Shown: one piece after another, positions 20,016 through 30,835 of the stretch
Numbering within the stretch: position 1 is the stretch's first letter
How the letters are laid out: every line of letters starts with the position of its first letter
Assembly: GCA_042092935.1 (NCBI GenBank)
Contig: JBELFK010000002.1
Location: 1-59,192 of the forward strand
Direction of reading: 5' to 3'
Length of the DNA stretch: 59,192 nucleotides
Origin: Paracoccaceae bacterium
Lineage (GTDB): Bacteria; Pseudomonadota; Alphaproteobacteria; Rhodobacterales; Rhodobacteraceae
Notes under the pieces: model-generated
Seen by the model: only the letters and a program-made list of their open reading frames with translations
Databases searched by the model: none
Told to the model about the DNA's origin: nothing
Program-made: the position numbers and the translations under genes

Positions 20016-20865
20016 GACGCATCCCTTCTGCCATCGCCGCGGCTTCTTTCAACACGGCCAAATCCAAACCGGTCGCGAAACCGGCGGCCTCTACATGGGA
20101 TAAGACAGCCTCTGTTGCCACGTTCCCGGCGGCCCCGGGCGCATAGGGGCAGCCACCAAGACCGCCCACCGCGGCATCAAACACCCGCACGCCATGCCCC
20201 AGCGCGACCGAGATATTTTCAAGCGCCCTGCCCGAGGTGTCGTGGAAGTGCCCGGCAAGCATGCTTGCGGGCACCTCGTCCAAAACGCGCTTTAGCATGG
20301 CGTCGGTCAACACCGGTTCAGCCCGCCCGACTGTATCGCCAAGCGAGATTTCGTAGCACCCCATGTCGCGCAAGGCAGCGACCACCTTCGCCACCGCATC
20401 GGGCTTAACAAAGCCGTCATAGGGGCACTCAACCACGCAAGAGACATAGCCGCGCACAGGCAGACCGGCCCGACGCGCGGCCTCTGCCACCGGGGCGAAA
20501 CGTAAAAGGCTCTCGTCGATCGTCGCGTTGACGTTCGCCTTCGAGAAGCCTTCAGATGCACTTCCAAAGATCGCAACCTCGTCAGCCTTGGCGGCAATCG
20601 CCCCCTCAAGACCACGCATGTTTGGCGTAAGCGCGCCGTAGCGTACCCCGTCAGCGCGCGTAATCCCCGCAAGCACCTCGGCGCTATCCGCCATCTGAGG
20701 CACCCATTTCGGACTGACAAAACTCGCCACTTCAATCCGCCGGAACCCGGCCTCGCTCAGCTTATTCACCAGAGCAGTCTTTTCCACCGTCGGAATCTGG
20801 CGCTTTTCGTTTTGCAGCCCGTCTCTCGGGCCGACCTCGAATATTTCAACCGTTTCATCCGTCAT
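20008..20865 (-). CDS. hmgL: Hydroxymethylglutaryl-CoA lyase
   Basis: 285 aa with the N-terminal VEIFEVGPRDGLQNEK signature and a TIM-barrel HMGL-like fold. Confidence 0.9.
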   Translation of the reverse strand: MTDETVEIFEVGPRDGLQNEKRQIPTVEKTALVNKLSEAGFRRIEVASFVSPKWVPQMADSAEVLAGITRADGVRYGALTPNMRGLEGAIAAKADEVAIFGSASEGFSKANVNATIDESLLRFAPVAEAARRAGLPVRGYVSCVVECPYDGFVKPDAVAKVVAALRDMGCYEISLGDTVGRAEPVLTDAMLKRVLDEVPASMLAGHFHDTSGRALENISVALGHGVRVFDAAVGGLGGCPYAPGAAGNVATEAVLSHVEAAGFATGLDLAVLKEAAAMAEGMRHD

Positions 20866-20998
20866 GTGACGTCATCCAAATCCGTTCACAGCCAATTTTC
20901 ATTTCGCACCAAGCATGAGGCGGACAAACTGCCCGACGATAACCAACGCCTTGCCTTGAGGTGAACCCCACAACATTGCACACGGCGTTCAAGTCGGA

Positions 20999-22939
20999 TC
21001 ACGCCCCGGCCTCTTCCAACAGGATCAGCGCCATGCCTGCTTCGACCTGATCGCCCTCGGCGACCAGCATTTCGGCAACAACACCGTCACGGGCCGCAAG
21101 CAAGGCGTGCTCCATCTTCATCGCTTCGAGAATGACCAACTTCTGCCCCTCGACCACCGTGTCGCCTGTCTTGGTCAGCACGCCACGCACAGCTCCGGGC
21201 ATTGGGGCCTCAATCACGTTGCCATTTCCGGTGGCGCTTGAGGCCCGGCTCAACGGATCGACAATTTCAAACGTCAGCCCGCCGTTTTGAAAGACCGTTA
21301 GCCGCCCATCATGTGCGGCAACGCGTGGCGCTTTTTGCCCATCGAGTGTCCATTGCCCCAGCGTTTGTACCACCGTGACGACGACATCATCGACACGAAC
21401 ATCAAATCTGTCGGCCCCAAACGCGCGCATATGGACCGAGACCAGTTCATCATCGTGGTGCAAGTCAACACTATGCGACAGCGGCTCCCACAGAGAAAAC
21501 CCGCTCAAGGCATCGCGCTGATCCATCAATCCGCTGGCCTTCAATCCCGCCAACGCGATCACCTGAGGTGACGCTGGCGAAACCGCCGTCAAATCCTCTA
21601 AATCCCGCCCGATCAAACCTGTGTCGACATCACCCGAGGCAAATCCCGAATGACGCGCCAAGGCCCCCAAAAACCCCAGGTTCGTGACCGTGCCACCGAC
21701 CTCGGTCTGCTCCAAAGCGGCCTCAAGGCGTTTCAGCGCGATCTCTCGTGTTGCCCCGTGCACGATCACCTTTGAGATCATCGGATCGTAAAACGGGCTG
21801 ATCGTATCCCCTTGCCGCACCCCGCTGTCCGAGCGCGCCCAATCAGGAAACTGCAAATGCTCAAGCGTGCCAATTGCTGGCAAAAATCCGGCCGGAACAT
21901 CTTCGGCGTAAAGCCGCGCTTCAAAACTGTGGCCGTTGATCGACAACTCCGCTTGCGTCGCTGGCAGTTTTTCGCCCGCCGCCACGCGCAATTGCCACGC
22001 AACCAGATCAACACCGGTGATGGCCTCGGTGACGGGATGCTCGACCTGCAATCGTGTGTTCATTTCCATGAACCAGAACCGGTCAGCACGCAGCCCGTCC
22101 GACCCATCGACAATAAACTCAATCGTCCCGGCGCCCTTATAGCCTATCGCTTGGGCCGCCTTTACCGCCGCCGCGCCCATCGCTTCGCGCATGGCATCCG
22201 TCATCCCCGGCGCGGGCGCTTCTTCGATCACCTTTTGATGGCGGCGCTGAAGTGAGCAATCACGCTCAAACAAATGCACAGCCTTTTCGCCGTCGCCAAA
22301 AACCTGAACCTCTATGTGCCGGGGCTTTGAGACATATTTCTCAACCAGCACCGCATCATTGCCAAAGGCTGTCCGCGCCTCGGCGCGGGCCGACGCTAGC
22401 CCCGCCTGAAACTCGCTTGCATCCTCGACAAGCCGCATCCCCTTACCGCCGCCACCGGCGACGGCCTTAATCAAAACCGGATACCCGATCCCCGCCGCCT
22501 CGCTCGCAAGATGTGCGTCGTCCTGATTATCACCGTGATAGCCCGGGACAACCGGCACGCCAGCCTTTACCATTAAGGCCTTCGCCGCATCCTTCAAACC
22601 CATTGCGCGGATTGCCTTGGCCGAAGGACCGACGAACACCAATCCGGCGGCCTCGACCGCCTCAACGAAATCGGGGTTTTCGGACAAAAACCCATAGCCG
22701 GGATGGATCGCTTGTGCGCCTGACTTCAAAGCCGCGGCAATGATGATGTCCCCCAGAAGATAGCTCTCAGCGGGGGCAGAACCACCGATGTGTATGGCCT
22801 CGTCCGCCATGTCCACATGTTTTGACGCACGGTCGGCATCCGAATAGACAGCCACGGTCTTCACGCCCAGCGCACGGGCGGTTTCCATGACACGGCAGGC
22901 AATTTCACCGCGATTGGCGATCAGGATTTTATCAAACAT
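20999..22939 (-). CDS. mccA: 3-Methylcrotonyl-CoA carboxylase alpha (biotin-carrying) subunit
   Basis: 646 aa from the ATG at 22939 (MFDKILIANRGEIACR). It has a biotin carboxylase domain and a C-terminal biotinyl domain with EAMKMEH. Confidence 0.9.
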   Translation of the reverse strand: MFDKILIANRGEIACRVMETARALGVKTVAVYSDADRASKHVDMADEAIHIGGSAPAESYLLGDIIIAAALKSGAQAIHPGYGFLSENPDFVEAVEAAGLVFVGPSAKAIRAMGLKDAAKALMVKAGVPVVPGYHGDNQDDAHLASEAAGIGYPVLIKAVAGGGGKGMRLVEDASEFQAGLASARAEARTAFGNDAVLVEKYVSKPRHIEVQVFGDGEKAVHLFERDCSLQRRHQKVIEEAPAPGMTDAMREAMGAAAVKAAQAIGYKGAGTIEFIVDGSDGLRADRFWFMEMNTRLQVEHPVTEAITGVDLVAWQLRVAAGEKLPATQAELSINGHSFEARLYAEDVPAGFLPAIGTLEHLQFPDWARSDSGVRQGDTISPFYDPMISKVIVHGATREIALKRLEAALEQTEVGGTVTNLGFLGALARHSGFASGDVDTGLIGRDLEDLTAVSPASPQVIALAGLKASGLMDQRDALSGFSLWEPLSHSVDLHHDDELVSVHMRAFGADRFDVRVDDVVVTVVQTLGQWTLDGQKAPRVAAHDGRLTVFQNGGLTFEIVDPLSRASSATGNGNVIEAPMPGAVRGVLTKTGDTVVEGQKLVILEAMKMEHALLAARDGVVAEMLVAEGDQVEAGMALILLEEAGA

Positions 22940-23012
22940 AGCCATCTCCCTGACGGACGCGGCAATACTCCACATGCCTCTTTTTCTTTGAAAAAATACT
23001 CATAATCCCACC

Positions 23013-24617
23013 TCACATCCGGAAGATACCAAAGCGGGTATCCTCGATCGGGGCATTCAATGCCGCTGTTAAGCTCAGCGCCAACACGTCGCGCGACTTG
23101 CGCGGATCTATGATCCCGTCGTCCCACAACCGCGCCGACGCATAAAGCGGGTGGCTTTGTTCTTCGAACATCTCGATTGTCGGGCGCTTGAATTCGGCCT
23201 CTTCTTCAGCGCTCCAATTGCCGCCCTGCCGTTCAATTGCATCGCGCTTGACGGTCGCCAAAACGCCCGCCGCCTGCTCGCCTCCCATTACGGAAATCCG
23301 CGAATTCGGCCATGTCCAAAGGAAGCGAGGTTGATAGGCCCGACCGGCCATCCCGTAGTTTCCCGCACCAAAAGAACCGCCAACCAGCATGGTAATTTTG
23401 GGCACCGAGGTCGAGGCCACAGCCGTCACCATCTTTGCGCCGTGGCGGGCGATACCTTCATTTTCGTACTTCCGGCCCACCATAAATCCGGTGATGTTTT
23501 GCAAAAACACCAGAGGAATTTTTCGCTGCGAACAAAGCTCGACGAAATGCGCTCCCTTTTGCGCGGCCTCGCTGAACAACACGCCATTGTTGGCGACAAT
23601 GCCCACAGGGCACCCTTTGACATGCGCAAAGCCGGTCACCAAGGTCTCGCCAAAACGGGGCTTGAACTCGTCAAACCGCGACCCGTCAACCACGCGGGCA
23701 ATCACCTCGCGTATGTCATAGGGCGTGCGCAAATCTGCGGGTACAACCCCAAACACTTCGTCAGGATCATAGGCCGGGTCTTCCGGCGTTTGCCACTGCA
23801 CCGCACTCGGCTTGCTGACATTCAAATGACTGACGGCCCGCCGCGCGAGGGCAAGCGCGTGGCCGTCGTCCTCGGCCAGGTAATCCGCGACGCCGGACAA
23901 CCGCGTGTGCACATCCCCACCGCCCAGATCTTCCGAGGTGACAACTTCGCCTGTTGCCGCCTTAACCAGCGGCGGTCCGGCCAAAAAGATCGTCCCCTGC
24001 TCTTTGACGATGATCGTCACGTCTGACATGGCGGGCACGTAAGCCCCCCCCGCCGTGCAGGATCCCATGACGACCGCGATCTGTGGGATACCCTTCGCCG
24101 ACATCCGTGCCTGATTGTAAAATATCCGCCCAAAATGATCGCGGTCAGGAAAGACCTCATCTTGATTGGGCAGGTTCGCCCCGCCGCTGTCGACAAGATA
24201 GATGCACGGCAAATGGCATTCCTCGGCAATCTCTTGTGCGCGCAGATGCTTCTTGACCGTCATCGGGTAATACGTGCCCCCCTTCACCGTCGCGTCATTG
24301 CACACCACCATCACGTCCTGCCCGTGAACCTTGCCAACACCGGCAACAACACCCGCCGCCGGGGCCGCGCCGCCGTACATGCCATGCGCCGCCGTCGCGC
24401 CGATCTCCAAAAAGGACGAGCCGGGGTCGAGAAGATTGCCAACCCGATCCCGCGGCAGCATCTTGCCACGTCTCAAATGGCGCTCGCGACTCCGCTCGCC
24501 TCCGCCCAATTGCGCAGCCGTTGCGGCGTCGCGCACAGTTTTCAGCGCCGCTTGATGCGCCTCGGTATTGCTTTTGAACTCATCAGTATTTGTCAGGATC
24601 TTGGATTGGAGTTTCAT
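23013..24617 (-). CDS. mccB: 3-Methylcrotonyl-CoA carboxylase beta (carboxyltransferase) subunit
   Basis: 534-aa carboxyltransferase fold. Its ATG overlaps the upstream ligase stop (ATGA). Confidence 0.92.
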   Translation of the reverse strand: MKLQSKILTNTDEFKSNTEAHQAALKTVRDAATAAQLGGGERSRERHLRRGKMLPRDRVGNLLDPGSSFLEIGATAAHGMYGGAAPAAGVVAGVGKVHGQDVMVVCNDATVKGGTYYPMTVKKHLRAQEIAEECHLPCIYLVDSGGANLPNQDEVFPDRDHFGRIFYNQARMSAKGIPQIAVVMGSCTAGGAYVPAMSDVTIIVKEQGTIFLAGPPLVKAATGEVVTSEDLGGGDVHTRLSGVADYLAEDDGHALALARRAVSHLNVSKPSAVQWQTPEDPAYDPDEVFGVVPADLRTPYDIREVIARVVDGSRFDEFKPRFGETLVTGFAHVKGCPVGIVANNGVLFSEAAQKGAHFVELCSQRKIPLVFLQNITGFMVGRKYENEGIARHGAKMVTAVASTSVPKITMLVGGSFGAGNYGMAGRAYQPRFLWTWPNSRISVMGGEQAAGVLATVKRDAIERQGGNWSAEEEAEFKRPTIEMFEEQSHPLYASARLWDDGIIDPRKSRDVLALSLTAALNAPIEDTRFGIFRM

Positions 24618-26176
24618 TGAACCTCATCCTTTTCAGCCACGGCGCGGCGTTTCAGGTCTTTGCGTATGATTTTACCAGTCACCGTCATCGGCAGGCTGTC
24701 GATAAAGGCGATTTCTCGGGGGTAAGAGTGTTTGGAAAGGCGCGACTTCACCAGATCCTGAAGCTCGGCCGCCAAAGCGTTGTCACCAGTGATGCCGGGC
24801 TTCAATACGACATAGGCTTTGACGATCTCGGTCCTCAGCGGGTCGGGCTTGCCCACGACGCCGACGGTAGCGACGCTGGAGTGCTTCAAAAGGCAATCTT
24901 CAATCTCGGAAGGGCCAATGCGGTAGCCCGCACTTGTGATAACGTCGTCTTCACGCCCCACGAACCGCAGGTATTCGCCCTCCCAAATGCCGCGATCCCC
25001 TGTCAGCATCCAGTGGCCCTTGTATTTCGATGCGGTCGCGCCGGGCCGGTTCCAGTATTCAAGCATCATGCTGGCCGACCCCTGTCGAACCGCGATGTCG
25101 CCTTCTTCATTGGTTTCCTCGCCAAATTCATCGAGCACGGCCAACCTGTGACCGGGAACCGGTTTGCCGATACAGCCCGGCGCCGCGTCAAACAACGAAG
25201 ACGCCGAGGACACCACCATGTTGCATTCTGTTTGGCCGTAGAATTCGTTGATCGACAACCCAAAGGCCTGCCGCCCCCATGCGAGCATCTCTGGCCCCAG
25301 AGGCTCGCCTCCCGAGGCGACAGACCGCAGACCTTGGATATCGGCGCGTTCGGCCTTTAACATGCGCAGCGCGGTTGGCGGGAAGAACACGTTGCGCACA
25401 CCAGCTTGCTGCACAACGGTTTTGCACGCCGCGACCGAGAATTTTTCGGATCGGCTTGCGACCACCGGCACCCCCAGTGCAAGTCCCGGCATCAGAACAT
25501 CGAACAATCCGCCGATCCACGCCCAGTCGGCTGGGGTCCAAAGCACATCGCCGGATTGTCCGAGCATATCATGGCTCATTTCCACGCCCGGCAAATGGCC
25601 GGTCAGCACGCGATGGGCGTGCAGCGCCCCTTTCGGACTGCCCGTCGTGCCCGAGGTATAGATCAACACCGCCGGATCTTCAGATGACGTGTCGCGCGTT
25701 TGAAAACGCTGACCAGATAGCGTTTCGACTTCAGGAACCAAGGTTTCAAAGCCAAGCTCCTGAACCTGCCCCGCGCTGGCGTCGTCGCAAATCACCAATC
25801 GCGCCGAGGCGTCGGTCAGGCGCACCTCAAGTGCGTCGCGGGCGAACAATTTGAACAACGGAATGGAAATCGCCCCGAGCTTCCAGATCGCGATATGCGC
25901 CGCCGCTGTCCAGATCGATTGCGACCGAAGCACCCCGACGCGATCCCCTGGCTTGACGGTCGCTGACAACCTGTGTGCCAAACCATCCGCCATTTGGCGT
26001 AACGCGCCATAGCTCACATCGCAGCGCGCGCCCGAGGTTACGTCGATTAGCGCTGTGCGCGAAGGCTCGGACTCGGCCCAGACATCGCAAACCTGATGCG
26101 CCATGTTCAGGCGCTCGGGGATGTCCCAGGAAAATCCGGCGTTCAGATCGTCATATGATTTCGAGGGGGGCAACAT
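24614..26176 (-). CDS. AMP-forming acyl-CoA synthetase/ligase
   Basis: 520 aa with the adenylation motifs [17 protein letters not shown] and TGD. It is embedded in the liu cluster; the substrate is not assignable from sequence. Confidence 0.85.
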   Translation of the reverse strand: MLPPSKSYDDLNAGFSWDIPERLNMAHQVCDVWAESEPSRTALIDVTSGARCDVSYGALRQMADGLAHRLSATVKPGDRVGVLRSQSIWTAAAHIAIWKLGAISIPLFKLFARDALEVRLTDASARLVICDDASAGQVQELGFETLVPEVETLSGQRFQTRDTSSEDPAVLIYTSGTTGSPKGALHAHRVLTGHLPGVEMSHDMLGQSGDVLWTPADWAWIGGLFDVLMPGLALGVPVVASRSEKFSVAACKTVVQQAGVRNVFFPPTALRMLKAERADIQGLRSVASGGEPLGPEMLAWGRQAFGLSINEFYGQTECNMVVSSASSLFDAAPGCIGKPVPGHRLAVLDEFGEETNEEGDIAVRQGSASMMLEYWNRPGATASKYKGHWMLTGDRGIWEGEYLRFVGREDDVITSAGYRIGPSEIEDCLLKHSSVATVGVVGKPDPLRTEIVKAYVVLKPGITGDNALAAELQDLVKSRLSKHSYPREIAFIDSLPMTVTGKIIRKDLKRRAVAEKDEVQ

Positions 26177-26197
26177 AGCAACACGCAGACCAGAGGC

Positions 26198-27361
26198 CTA
26201 CATCATCCCCGAGACAAGCTCTCGGCCAATCAGCATCCGCCTGATTTCCGAGGTTCCGGCACCAATCTCCATCAGTTTTGCATCGCGGAAAATGCGCCCG
26301 ACTGGATTGTCGCTGAGATAACCGGCGCCGCCCATAGCCTGCACGGCCTGATGCGCCTGAACCATCGCTTGTTCCGAGGCATAGAGACAGCACGCTGCCG
26401 CATCCTGACGGGTAATTTCACCCCGATCACAGGCCTTTGCGCATTCGTAAACATAGGCGCGGGCCGAATTCATCGCGGTATACATGTCGGCGATTTTGCC
26501 CTGCATCAGCTGAAAACTGCCAATCGGTTGGCCGAATTGTTTACGCTCGGCCATATAGGGCATGATCTCGTCCATGCAGGCGGCCATGATACCGGTCCCG
26601 ATCCCTGCCAAAACAACCCGTTCGTAGTCAAGGCCCGACATCAAGACTCGCACGCCTTTGCCCTCTTCCCCAAGAACATTTTCGAACGGCACTTCGACGT
26701 TCTCAAATATCAACTCGGCGGTGTTGGACCCGCGCATACCCAGTTTGTCAAAATGCGGCGAGGTCGAAAACCCTGTCATGGATTTCTCAACGATAAAGGC
26801 TGTGATGCCCTTGGCCCCTGCATCGGGGTCGGTCTTGGCATAGACGATCAACGTGTCGGCGTCGGGGCCGTTGGTGATCCAATACTTGTTGCCGTTCAAA
26901 CGATAGTGATCGTTGCGCTTTTCAGCCCTCAGCTTCATTGACACAACATCAGACCCCGCCGAAGGTTCGGACATGGCCAATGCGCCCACGTGATCGCCTG
27001 AAATGAGGCGCGGCAAATAGGTCTGTTTCTGGTCTTCGTTGCCGTTCAGCTTGATTTGATTGACGCAGAGATTGGAATGCGCCCCGTAGCTGAGCGACAC
27101 CGAGGCACTGGCGCGGGCGATTTCTTCAACCGCAACGACATGGGCAAGATAGGACATATCCGCCCCGCCGTAGTCTTCCGACACCGTGACGCCGAGCAAC
27201 CCTAGCTCGCCCATTTCCTGCCAAAGCTCATTTGGAAACGCGTTGCTTTTGTCGATGTCCGCCGCGATGGGCTTGATGCGATCCTGCGCCCAACGATGAA
27301 CCATATCGCGCAACGCGTTCACGTCTTCGCCCAAATCGAAATTCATAACGCCATTGAACAT
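26198..27361 (-). CDS. ivd: Isovaleryl-CoA dehydrogenase
   Basis: 387-aa acyl-CoA dehydrogenase fold, first gene of the liu cluster. Confidence 0.9.
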   Translation of the reverse strand: MFNGVMNFDLGEDVNALRDMVHRWAQDRIKPIAADIDKSNAFPNELWQEMGELGLLGVTVSEDYGGADMSYLAHVVAVEEIARASASVSLSYGAHSNLCVNQIKLNGNEDQKQTYLPRLISGDHVGALAMSEPSAGSDVVSMKLRAEKRNDHYRLNGNKYWITNGPDADTLIVYAKTDPDAGAKGITAFIVEKSMTGFSTSPHFDKLGMRGSNTAELIFENVEVPFENVLGEEGKGVRVLMSGLDYERVVLAGIGTGIMAACMDEIMPYMAERKQFGQPIGSFQLMQGKIADMYTAMNSARAYVYECAKACDRGEITRQDAAACCLYASEQAMVQAHQAVQAMGGAGYLSDNPVGRIFRDAKLMEIGAGTSEIRRMLIGRELVSGMM

Positions 27362-27379
27362 CCGGCCACTCCCGTCGAG

Positions 27380-27401
27380 TTATTGAACACTTGTTCATTA
27401 A
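27380..27401. promoter_or_regulatory. Palindromic candidate operator upstream of ivd
   Basis: TTAtTGAACA-ct-TGTTCAtTAA, with a perfect TGAACA/TGTTCA core at 27384..27397. It lies 19-40 nt upstream of the ivd ATG. Confidence 0.35.
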
Positions 27402-27491
27402 CTGCCACATTGGTTGGACGTGCGTCAAATGACACGTGGCGTCACAGATGGATCAGATCTGGTAGACTCGGGCACATATTGGACCGAGTGC

Positions 27492-28733
27492 TCAACCCGA
27501 CTGAAACACCGACGAAACTTCTTCGCGGATGATGCGGGCAATCAGGGCACAATCCTCGACACTGAACGTCAAAGGCAAACGCATATCGACGATGCCTTTT
27601 AGCACCCGATCCGTGGCGGGCATCGGTTCGGATGGTGCGTATCGCCAACTGTCGTATCGCGACGTGAAACCGCTCGGCTCGGCACCTCCGAACCATTTCA
27701 ACTCAACGCCCCGCGCCAAACAGCGGGTCAAAACCTGATCGATTTTTTCGTCGCTCCAATCAAGAAGCAGGAACTGGATCGATGATCCGACAAATGTTGC
27801 TTGCGCGGGCCGCTCAATCAGGGTCAGCCCCGGCGTGCCCTTCAATCCGGTTTCAACCACCCGATACCGGTCATTCCAGCGTGCCACCTGCTGGGCCAAA
27901 TCCCGTAACTGGGGGCGCAGGATCGCGGCGCGCAAATGGTCCATCCGGCCCGACACATTCGGTGTCGTGTATTTCACCTGCTCAAAAACCTCGGGATCCG
28001 GCGCGGCGCCGTGGCGACCATAGAGCATATAAGACCCCGACAGCATCGTCGCACGGGCCATGGTCACCGGATCATCACCAATCAACAGGCCACCTTCGCC
28101 CGAATTGATGTGTTTGTACGTTTGGGCTGAATAGCATGCCAAATCACCGTGCCGACCCGAAGGCACGCCATTCCAGGCCGCCCCCATGGTATGGGCGCAG
28201 TCCTCGACAACCTTGACCTTGGCCACGTCACAAATTGCCATCAGCGCATCCATGTCGCAAAGGTGACCGCGCATGTGGCTGAGGACAAGCACGTCAACAA
28301 GATGAGCTTTGGCCTTCAAGTCATTCAAATCTATTGTTAATTGATCGGTAACACCGACGAAAACAGGCACCGCGCCAAGGCTGGCTATCGCACCTGGAAC
28401 CGGGGCAAGCGTAAATGCGTTGGTCAAAACGCGATCACCTGCCTTGACGCCCAGCGCCCGCAAGGCTGTCGCGATTGCGTAGCCGCCTGAGGCGACAGCG
28501 AGGCAATATTTCGCACCCGTGAATTGCGCAAACTCGCGCTCTAACGCCGAGGTCTCGCCCTCTTCGTTTTCGCCAAGATTGTAACGATGCAAACGCCCAC
28601 TGCGCAGGATTTCGACCGCCGTCTCAATCGCGCTTTCTGGGATGGGTTCTTGCTGGGTAAAACTACCTGAGAATACGTCTTTCATGCCGCGAAACTGGCG
28701 CAGCGGCGGATCAACGTCAATGTCGAAAACCAT
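27492..28733 (-). CDS. DegT/DnrJ/EryC1/StrS-family PLP-dependent aminotransferase
   Basis: 413 aa of fold-type I. It has the family-typical lysine context SAQTYKHINSGEGGLL. ATG at 28733 with a GGGGAT SD-like sequence. Confidence 0.8.
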   Translation of the reverse strand: MVFDIDVDPPLRQFRGMKDVFSGSFTQQEPIPESAIETAVEILRSGRLHRYNLGENEEGETSALEREFAQFTGAKYCLAVASGGYAIATALRALGVKAGDRVLTNAFTLAPVPGAIASLGAVPVFVGVTDQLTIDLNDLKAKAHLVDVLVLSHMRGHLCDMDALMAICDVAKVKVVEDCAHTMGAAWNGVPSGRHGDLACYSAQTYKHINSGEGGLLIGDDPVTMARATMLSGSYMLYGRHGAAPDPEVFEQVKYTTPNVSGRMDHLRAAILRPQLRDLAQQVARWNDRYRVVETGLKGTPGLTLIERPAQATFVGSSIQFLLLDWSDEKIDQVLTRCLARGVELKWFGGAEPSGFTSRYDSWRYAPSEPMPATDRVLKGIVDMRLPLTFSVEDCALIARIIREEVSSVFQSG

Positions 28734-28804
28734 ATCCCCGAATGTCGCAATCGGTGGCGATTGTTCGTCGCGCCCCCCGCAGGATGCGAAGAAAAGGACG
28801 TGTC

Positions 28805-30121
28805 ATGGCCCCAATCGATCCCGTAGATTTCGCACTTGGTACCAAGTGGGGCGATCTGACCCGCGCTGTCATCGATACTGCCAAGCTCAACCTTCTCGAC
28901 ACGTTGGGGATCGCTGTGGGAGGACATGCCACGCCCACAAGCGAACTGTCCCGCGCGTTGGCGATCGAAGAGTTTGGCGGCGAACTTCCGCTTTTGTTTG
29001 ACGGGCGTTTGGCCTCAGCCTCGGGTGTCGCCATGGCGGCTGGCATGATGATTGACAGTCTCGATGGTCACGACGGCTTTAACCCTGCCAAGGGCCATAT
29101 CGGCTGCCCGTTGATTTCAGCACTGCTGCCCGTTGCCCATCAAGAAAACGTCAGCGGGCGGGACTTTCTGACTGCGATTGTTGTGGGTTATGAGTTTGGC
29201 GCGCGTGCATCCATGGCACAGCACGGCACCTGTCCCGATTATCACACCTCTGGCAGTTGGGGCGCGGTCGCGGCTGTGGCTGGCATGACGAACCTGTTGC
29301 AACTGGATCGAGGGACAACGCGCCATGCGCTTGGGATTGCCGAATATCACGGGCCGCGCAGTCAAATGATGCGCTGCATCGACTATCCTACCATGGTCAA
29401 AGATGGCTCGGGTTGGGGGGCGATGTGCGGGGTGTCAGCGATCAAGCTGGCGACCAAGGGCTTTACCGGTGCCCCTGCGCTAACGGTCGAACATGCGCCT
29501 GAGTATTGGGCCGATCTTGGTCAACGTTGGTATATCCTTGAGCAATACTACAAGCCCTACCCCGTTTGCCGCTGGGCGCAGGCGCCGATGGAGGGTGTGC
29601 TGGCGTTGCGCAAAGCCCATAGTCTGACATCAAAGGACGTGGCCAAGATCGAAGTGTCGACCTTCCACGAAGCGGTGCGCCTTGCGACGCGCGAACCCAA
29701 ATCCTCGGACGAGGCGCAGTATTCGACATCGTTCCCATGTGCCATCGCGATGGTCAAAGGCGGCCTTACCCCCGCCGACATCGCTGGCGATGCGCTGGAA
29801 GATCCTGAGACCCTGCGGTTGTCGCGATCAATGGTGATGACCGAAGACGCAAAGGCCAATGACGTCTTTCCAGCCACGCGCCTGGCCAAGGTCACCCTTT
29901 ACCTGAAAAATGGTCGTGTGCTTGAAGGGGACTGGATGCAGCCCAAATGGGACGCGACCAACCCGCCAACCGTGCTGGAGTTGAAAGACAAGTTTGCCAA
30001 ACTCACAATGCCAGTGCTTGGCAGCGACCGCTCAAAAGCGATTGAAAACGCGATTGACGGGCTTGAGACAACACCTCTCAGCGCCCTGACAGAACACCTC
30101 TATCAGCCGATCAGCGACTGA
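28805..30121 (+). CDS. MmgE/PrpD-family protein
   Basis: 438 aa from the ATG at 28805 (AAGGA SD 6 nt upstream). It has the MmgE/PrpD N- and C-terminal regions (LLDTLGIAVGG...). Divergent from the DegT gene. Confidence 0.8.
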   Translation: MAPIDPVDFALGTKWGDLTRAVIDTAKLNLLDTLGIAVGGHATPTSELSRALAIEEFGGELPLLFDGRLASASGVAMAAGMMIDSLDGHDGFNPAKGHIGCPLISALLPVAHQENVSGRDFLTAIVVGYEFGARASMAQHGTCPDYHTSGSWGAVAAVAGMTNLLQLDRGTTRHALGIAEYHGPRSQMMRCIDYPTMVKDGSGWGAMCGVSAIKLATKGFTGAPALTVEHAPEYWADLGQRWYILEQYYKPYPVCRWAQAPMEGVLALRKAHSLTSKDVAKIEVSTFHEAVRLATREPKSSDEAQYSTSFPCAIAMVKGGLTPADIAGDALEDPETLRLSRSMVMTEDAKANDVFPATRLAKVTLYLKNGRVLEGDWMQPKWDATNPPTVLELKDKFAKLTMPVLGSDRSKAIENAIDGLETTPLSALTEHLYQPISD

Positions 30122-30768
30122 ACGACCTTGGGCAGGTCGTCAAAGCTGTCGATCATGCCTTCAGGGTTCAGGTCCGCCACTGCCCGCCCCAAAGGGCCAA
30201 AGGTCACAAGGATTGACGGCACGCCAGCCGCACGCGCGGTTTCGCGGTCGGTCCTTGTATCGCCAATCAGCGTCGCGCAGCGCGGGTCGCCGCCTGCCCG
30301 TTTGACGGCCTCGATCAGCGGCAAAGGATTGGGCTTTCGCACAGGAAACGTGTCAGCTCCGACGAGCGAACCAAAGTGCGCGCGCACGCCGAGTTTGGTC
30401 AAAAGCTCTTGCGCCATTGCTTCAGGTTTATTGGTGCACACGCCGACGCGATAGCCGCGCGTTTTCAGCACCTCGACCGCATCAATCGCACCGTCGAACA
30501 GGAAACTGTGTTTATCAAGCTGACCCGCGTAAGCCGCCAGCAGATACGGATATTGCCGCTCGACTTCGGCCTCGTCCCCTGTGCGACCAAGACGCGACAG
30601 CCCCAGACGCAGCATGGCTTTGCCACCTTGCATCGCGGTGGCGGCATCATCGCCGTAGTCCAATAAGTTTCCATGCCCCATCTGTGAAAAGCAGGCATTG
30701 GCAGCGTCGATCAGATCGCCGCTGGTGTCGGCCAAGGTGCCATCGAGATCAAAGATAACTGTCTTCAT
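30103..30768 (-). CDS. HAD-superfamily hydrolase, phosphoglycolate-phosphatase-like
   Basis: 221 aa with motif I (FDLDGTLADT) and the GDTRTD motif. Its 3' end overlaps the PrpD-family gene by 19 nt (convergent). Confidence 0.8.
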   Translation of the reverse strand: MKTVIFDLDGTLADTSGDLIDAANACFSQMGHGNLLDYGDDAATAMQGGKAMLRLGLSRLGRTGDEAEVERQYPYLLAAYAGQLDKHSFLFDGAIDAVEVLKTRGYRVGVCTNKPEAMAQELLTKLGVRAHFGSLVGADTFPVRKPNPLPLIEAVKRAGGDPRCATLIGDTRTDRETARAAGVPSILVTFGPLGRAVADLNPEGMIDSFDDLPKVVQSLIG

Positions 30769-30835
30769 TTCGCACCCGTTTCTTGCGTTGCCGTTGTGAA
30801 CCGATAGAACGGGCCAGAGTTAAAGGAAAGCAAAC

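Noticed and set aside
19368-20408. 346-codon plus-strand ORF spanning the hydratase and HMG-CoA lyase genes. Similar cases are 23151..24026, 24590..25360, 48717..49493, 51070..52140 and 54936..55535.
   Set aside because: All are antisense to well-supported enzymes (crotonase, HMGL, MccB, ligase, IlvC, ABC exporter, GAPDH). The sequences are Arg/Pro-rich and have no SD-supported starts.
20866-20998. 133-nt gap between mccA and the HMG-CoA lyase gene, containing a 25-codon minus-strand ORF (MLWGSPQGKALVIVGQFVRLMLGAK).
   Set aside because: The ORF is too short, has no SD and has no recognisable features, so it is more likely plain spacer. It could be revisited if it proves conserved.
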